Part shown: positions 62,440 through 64,000 of the stretch, piece after piece
Layout: each line of letters opens with the position of its first letter
Numbering within the stretch: position 1 is the first letter of the stretch
Source of the DNA: an uncultured Pseudomonadota bacterium
GTDB lineage: Bacteria; Pseudomonadota; Alphaproteobacteria; JACZXZ01
NCBI GenBank assembly: GCA_963749075.1
Contig: CAVVLJ010000022.1
Location: 1-64,000 of the forward strand
Direction: 5' to 3'
DNA: 64,000 nt
Program-made: the position numbers and the translations under genes
Notes under the pieces: generated by a model
What the model saw: only the letters and a program-made list of their open reading frames with translations
The model's database searches: none
Told to the model about the DNA's origin: nothing

Positions 62440-63053
62440 AAAAACTCCTTCGCACGCTCAAGATCTCTTCGGATGACGCACGATCTCTTCGGATGACGCA
62501 CGATCGTGCCGTGTGCTTTCAGAAGTCTCATATGCGGTTGAAGACTATATGCGCCTGGAGACGGAGTCGGAGGGCTTGTACGTTTCGACAAGCGATCGCG
62601 GCCTTTTGAAGAAGGTTGCGAAAAAGGCCAAAGATCTCGTTGATACTCTCGAGAAACTGCCACGAGGTGCTCGCAACGCCTTCAAAACATTCAAGCCCCC
62701 GCGAATTCGGAAACCATCTGGCGATGACTTGCCAAAAGTGCTCTCTCACGCAAAAAGTGCCGCAGAGATCATAATGCAAATTGTCTCCGAGATCAGCGAA
62801 CCCCGTTCGGGGGGGCGCCCCCAATCATTTTTCGATTAACCAATTCGTTGAGCACTTGGCCAAGTCCTGGGAGGCGGCAACCGGAAAGGAGTTCAACCGA
62901 TCTACCAACGATGACAATGCGTGCGACTTTGTCAAAGAGGTTGCTAAACTCGCCGGGCTTCAAATTCCCGAAAAATCAATTCTGACGTGCATAAAGGAAT
63001 TTGTTGCTCACCCTCCTCGCAAAATCCGCCCGCGACGCATTCCATCTAAATAA
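62440..63053 (+). pseudogene. Truncated, doubly frameshifted hypothetical gene
   Basis: Reading frame begins at the IS end, is broken by a 20-bp tandem duplication (62462-62501) and again near GGGGGGGCGCCCCC (~62810-62830). Confidence 0.5.
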
Positions 63054-63286
63054 TATCCCCGATAATTTTTGCCGATATTACGACGTACAAAGCGATTTTG
63101 GCGGTCGCTAGCACCGTGACGTGCAGCACTGCCGTCGCGCAGCTCTTCAATCCTCTTCACGATCATCGGCGATAGTTGACCGAGCTCGACCATGCTCGCG
63201 GCCATGGCTTCCGCAGCTGGCTTATTTATGGCGCGCGCGCTCGCGCTTCGGAATATTTGCGCCATCGTGATCGATTCGACCTTCAT
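63008..63286 (-). pseudogene. ParB N-terminal-like fragment
   Basis: RAINKPAAEAMAASMVELGQLSPMIV resembles ParB box I; the second motif appears to be lost. Confidence 0.45.
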
Positions 63287-63632
63287 TTCCTGCCCCTCTT
63301 AAGTTAGAGGATTGCCTATCCGATTTCCGATTAAGGGCAGCGTCTTGAAGTTCAGGCGTGCGCTCCTGATCCCGCAAATCGGTAATGTCCGAAATTTTGT
63401 CGACATGTTCGGCTTGCTTCGAACGCGCCTGGCCGTAAGTTGGCAAGGCAGCAAGCCATCGCTCCGCTTCCGAGACGAGCACCAGCGTTCGCCTACCACA
63501 TTTTTTCACCGAGAGCCGGCCAAACTTGATTTCGGAATAGACTGTTGTGTGACCGACTCCAGCCCAGCGCTCGAATTGCTTGACCGACATCGCCGCTGCG
63601 GTAACCTGTCGATTTGTCTTTGCATCCGGCAT
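63222..63632 (-). CDS. Excisionase/AlpA-like HTH DNA-binding protein
   Basis: AMSVKQFERWAGVGHTTVYSEIKFGRLSVKKCGRRTLVLVSEAERWLAALP. Confidence 0.8.
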   Translation of the reverse strand: MPDAKTNRQVTAAAMSVKQFERWAGVGHTTVYSEIKFGRLSVKKCGRRTLVLVSEAERWLAALPTYGQARSKQAEHVDKISDITDLRDQERTPELQDAALNRKSDRQSSNLRGAGNEGRIDHDGANIPKRERARHK

Positions 63633-63868
63633 CAGTTCGTCCTTCGCGCCGAGCCAGTCTCACGAAAATAGGATAGGCCTCGAAGCGAAAATTACGATCG
63701 GAAGCTGCGCCAAAAATACCCCAGCCGCCGATCGATTACTCGGCGCAGCGTTCAATTGACGACATCACGCCTTCTCTGCCCTTTAGAAGCTGAAGTGCAG
63801 GAGGACGATCGCATGGCCAACAAGACGGCCAATTTTTCTACGATAACCCATCAAATGGAGGAACCACG

Positions 63869-64000
63869 ATGCCTACTGACAGAAACGAGCTGCAGTGTCG
63901 CTTCGTCGAGAAGGCGCCAGCGCTGCAGGATTCACTGACGCGTCAGTTCGCCGAGCTGCGCGGTCGGAAAGCCACTGGACGGCCCGTTGCCGAAGCTGGC
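63869..64000 (+). CDS. Partial hypothetical ORF running off the window
   Basis: GGAGG RBS before the ATG; open to the window end (MPTDRNELQCRF...). Confidence 0.35.
   Translation, partial: MPTDRNELQCRFVEKAPALQDSLTRQFAELRGRKATGRPVAEAG

Larger units (their letters stand above)
58021..64000. mobile_element. Left part of a tRNA-integrated genomic island (continues beyond the window)
   Basis: Visible drop in GC and codon bias right after the tRNA; GTAAGTGCA direct repeat at 58066 and 58077; IS3, excisionase-like and ParB-like genes. Confidence 0.8.

Overview
High-GC alphaproteobacterial chromosome segment, probably Rhodospirillales-like (inferred from gene content and synteny). In order: a full-length group II intron whose RT/maturase carries a nonsense codon; a DUF2339 membrane protein; rpmJ/ykgO (absent from the ORF track); glcDEF with a FadR/GlcC-type operator; a TPR protein; msrP; a Spy-like protein; a sigma54/NtrC-preceded Dpp-type ABC transporter divergent from a deaminase and a creatininase-family gene; a complete sox cluster (soxCDXYZA-K-B, two exported DsrE-like proteins, TauE, SoxR-like repressor); a FixK-box-studded low-oxygen/PHB module (USP, LonC-like protease, Pat acetyltransferase, FixK-like regulator, receiver protein, phasin, candidate sRNA, phaC); a TIR-TM protein; a lactonase; a SuhB/alpha-r8-like sRNA; lsrB/vtlR-trxB; an unknown protein with ELM1; lrp; greA; carBA; yqeY; dnaG; rpoD; and tRNA-Ile2(CAT). 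After the tRNA a lower-GC integrated element begins, carrying a signal-peptide TPR-CHAT protease, an IS3 copy, a decayed ORF, a ParB-like fragment and an excisionase-like gene. Three single-base frameshifts in host genes look like sequencing errors. All family assignments come from motif recognition by eye; no searches were run.
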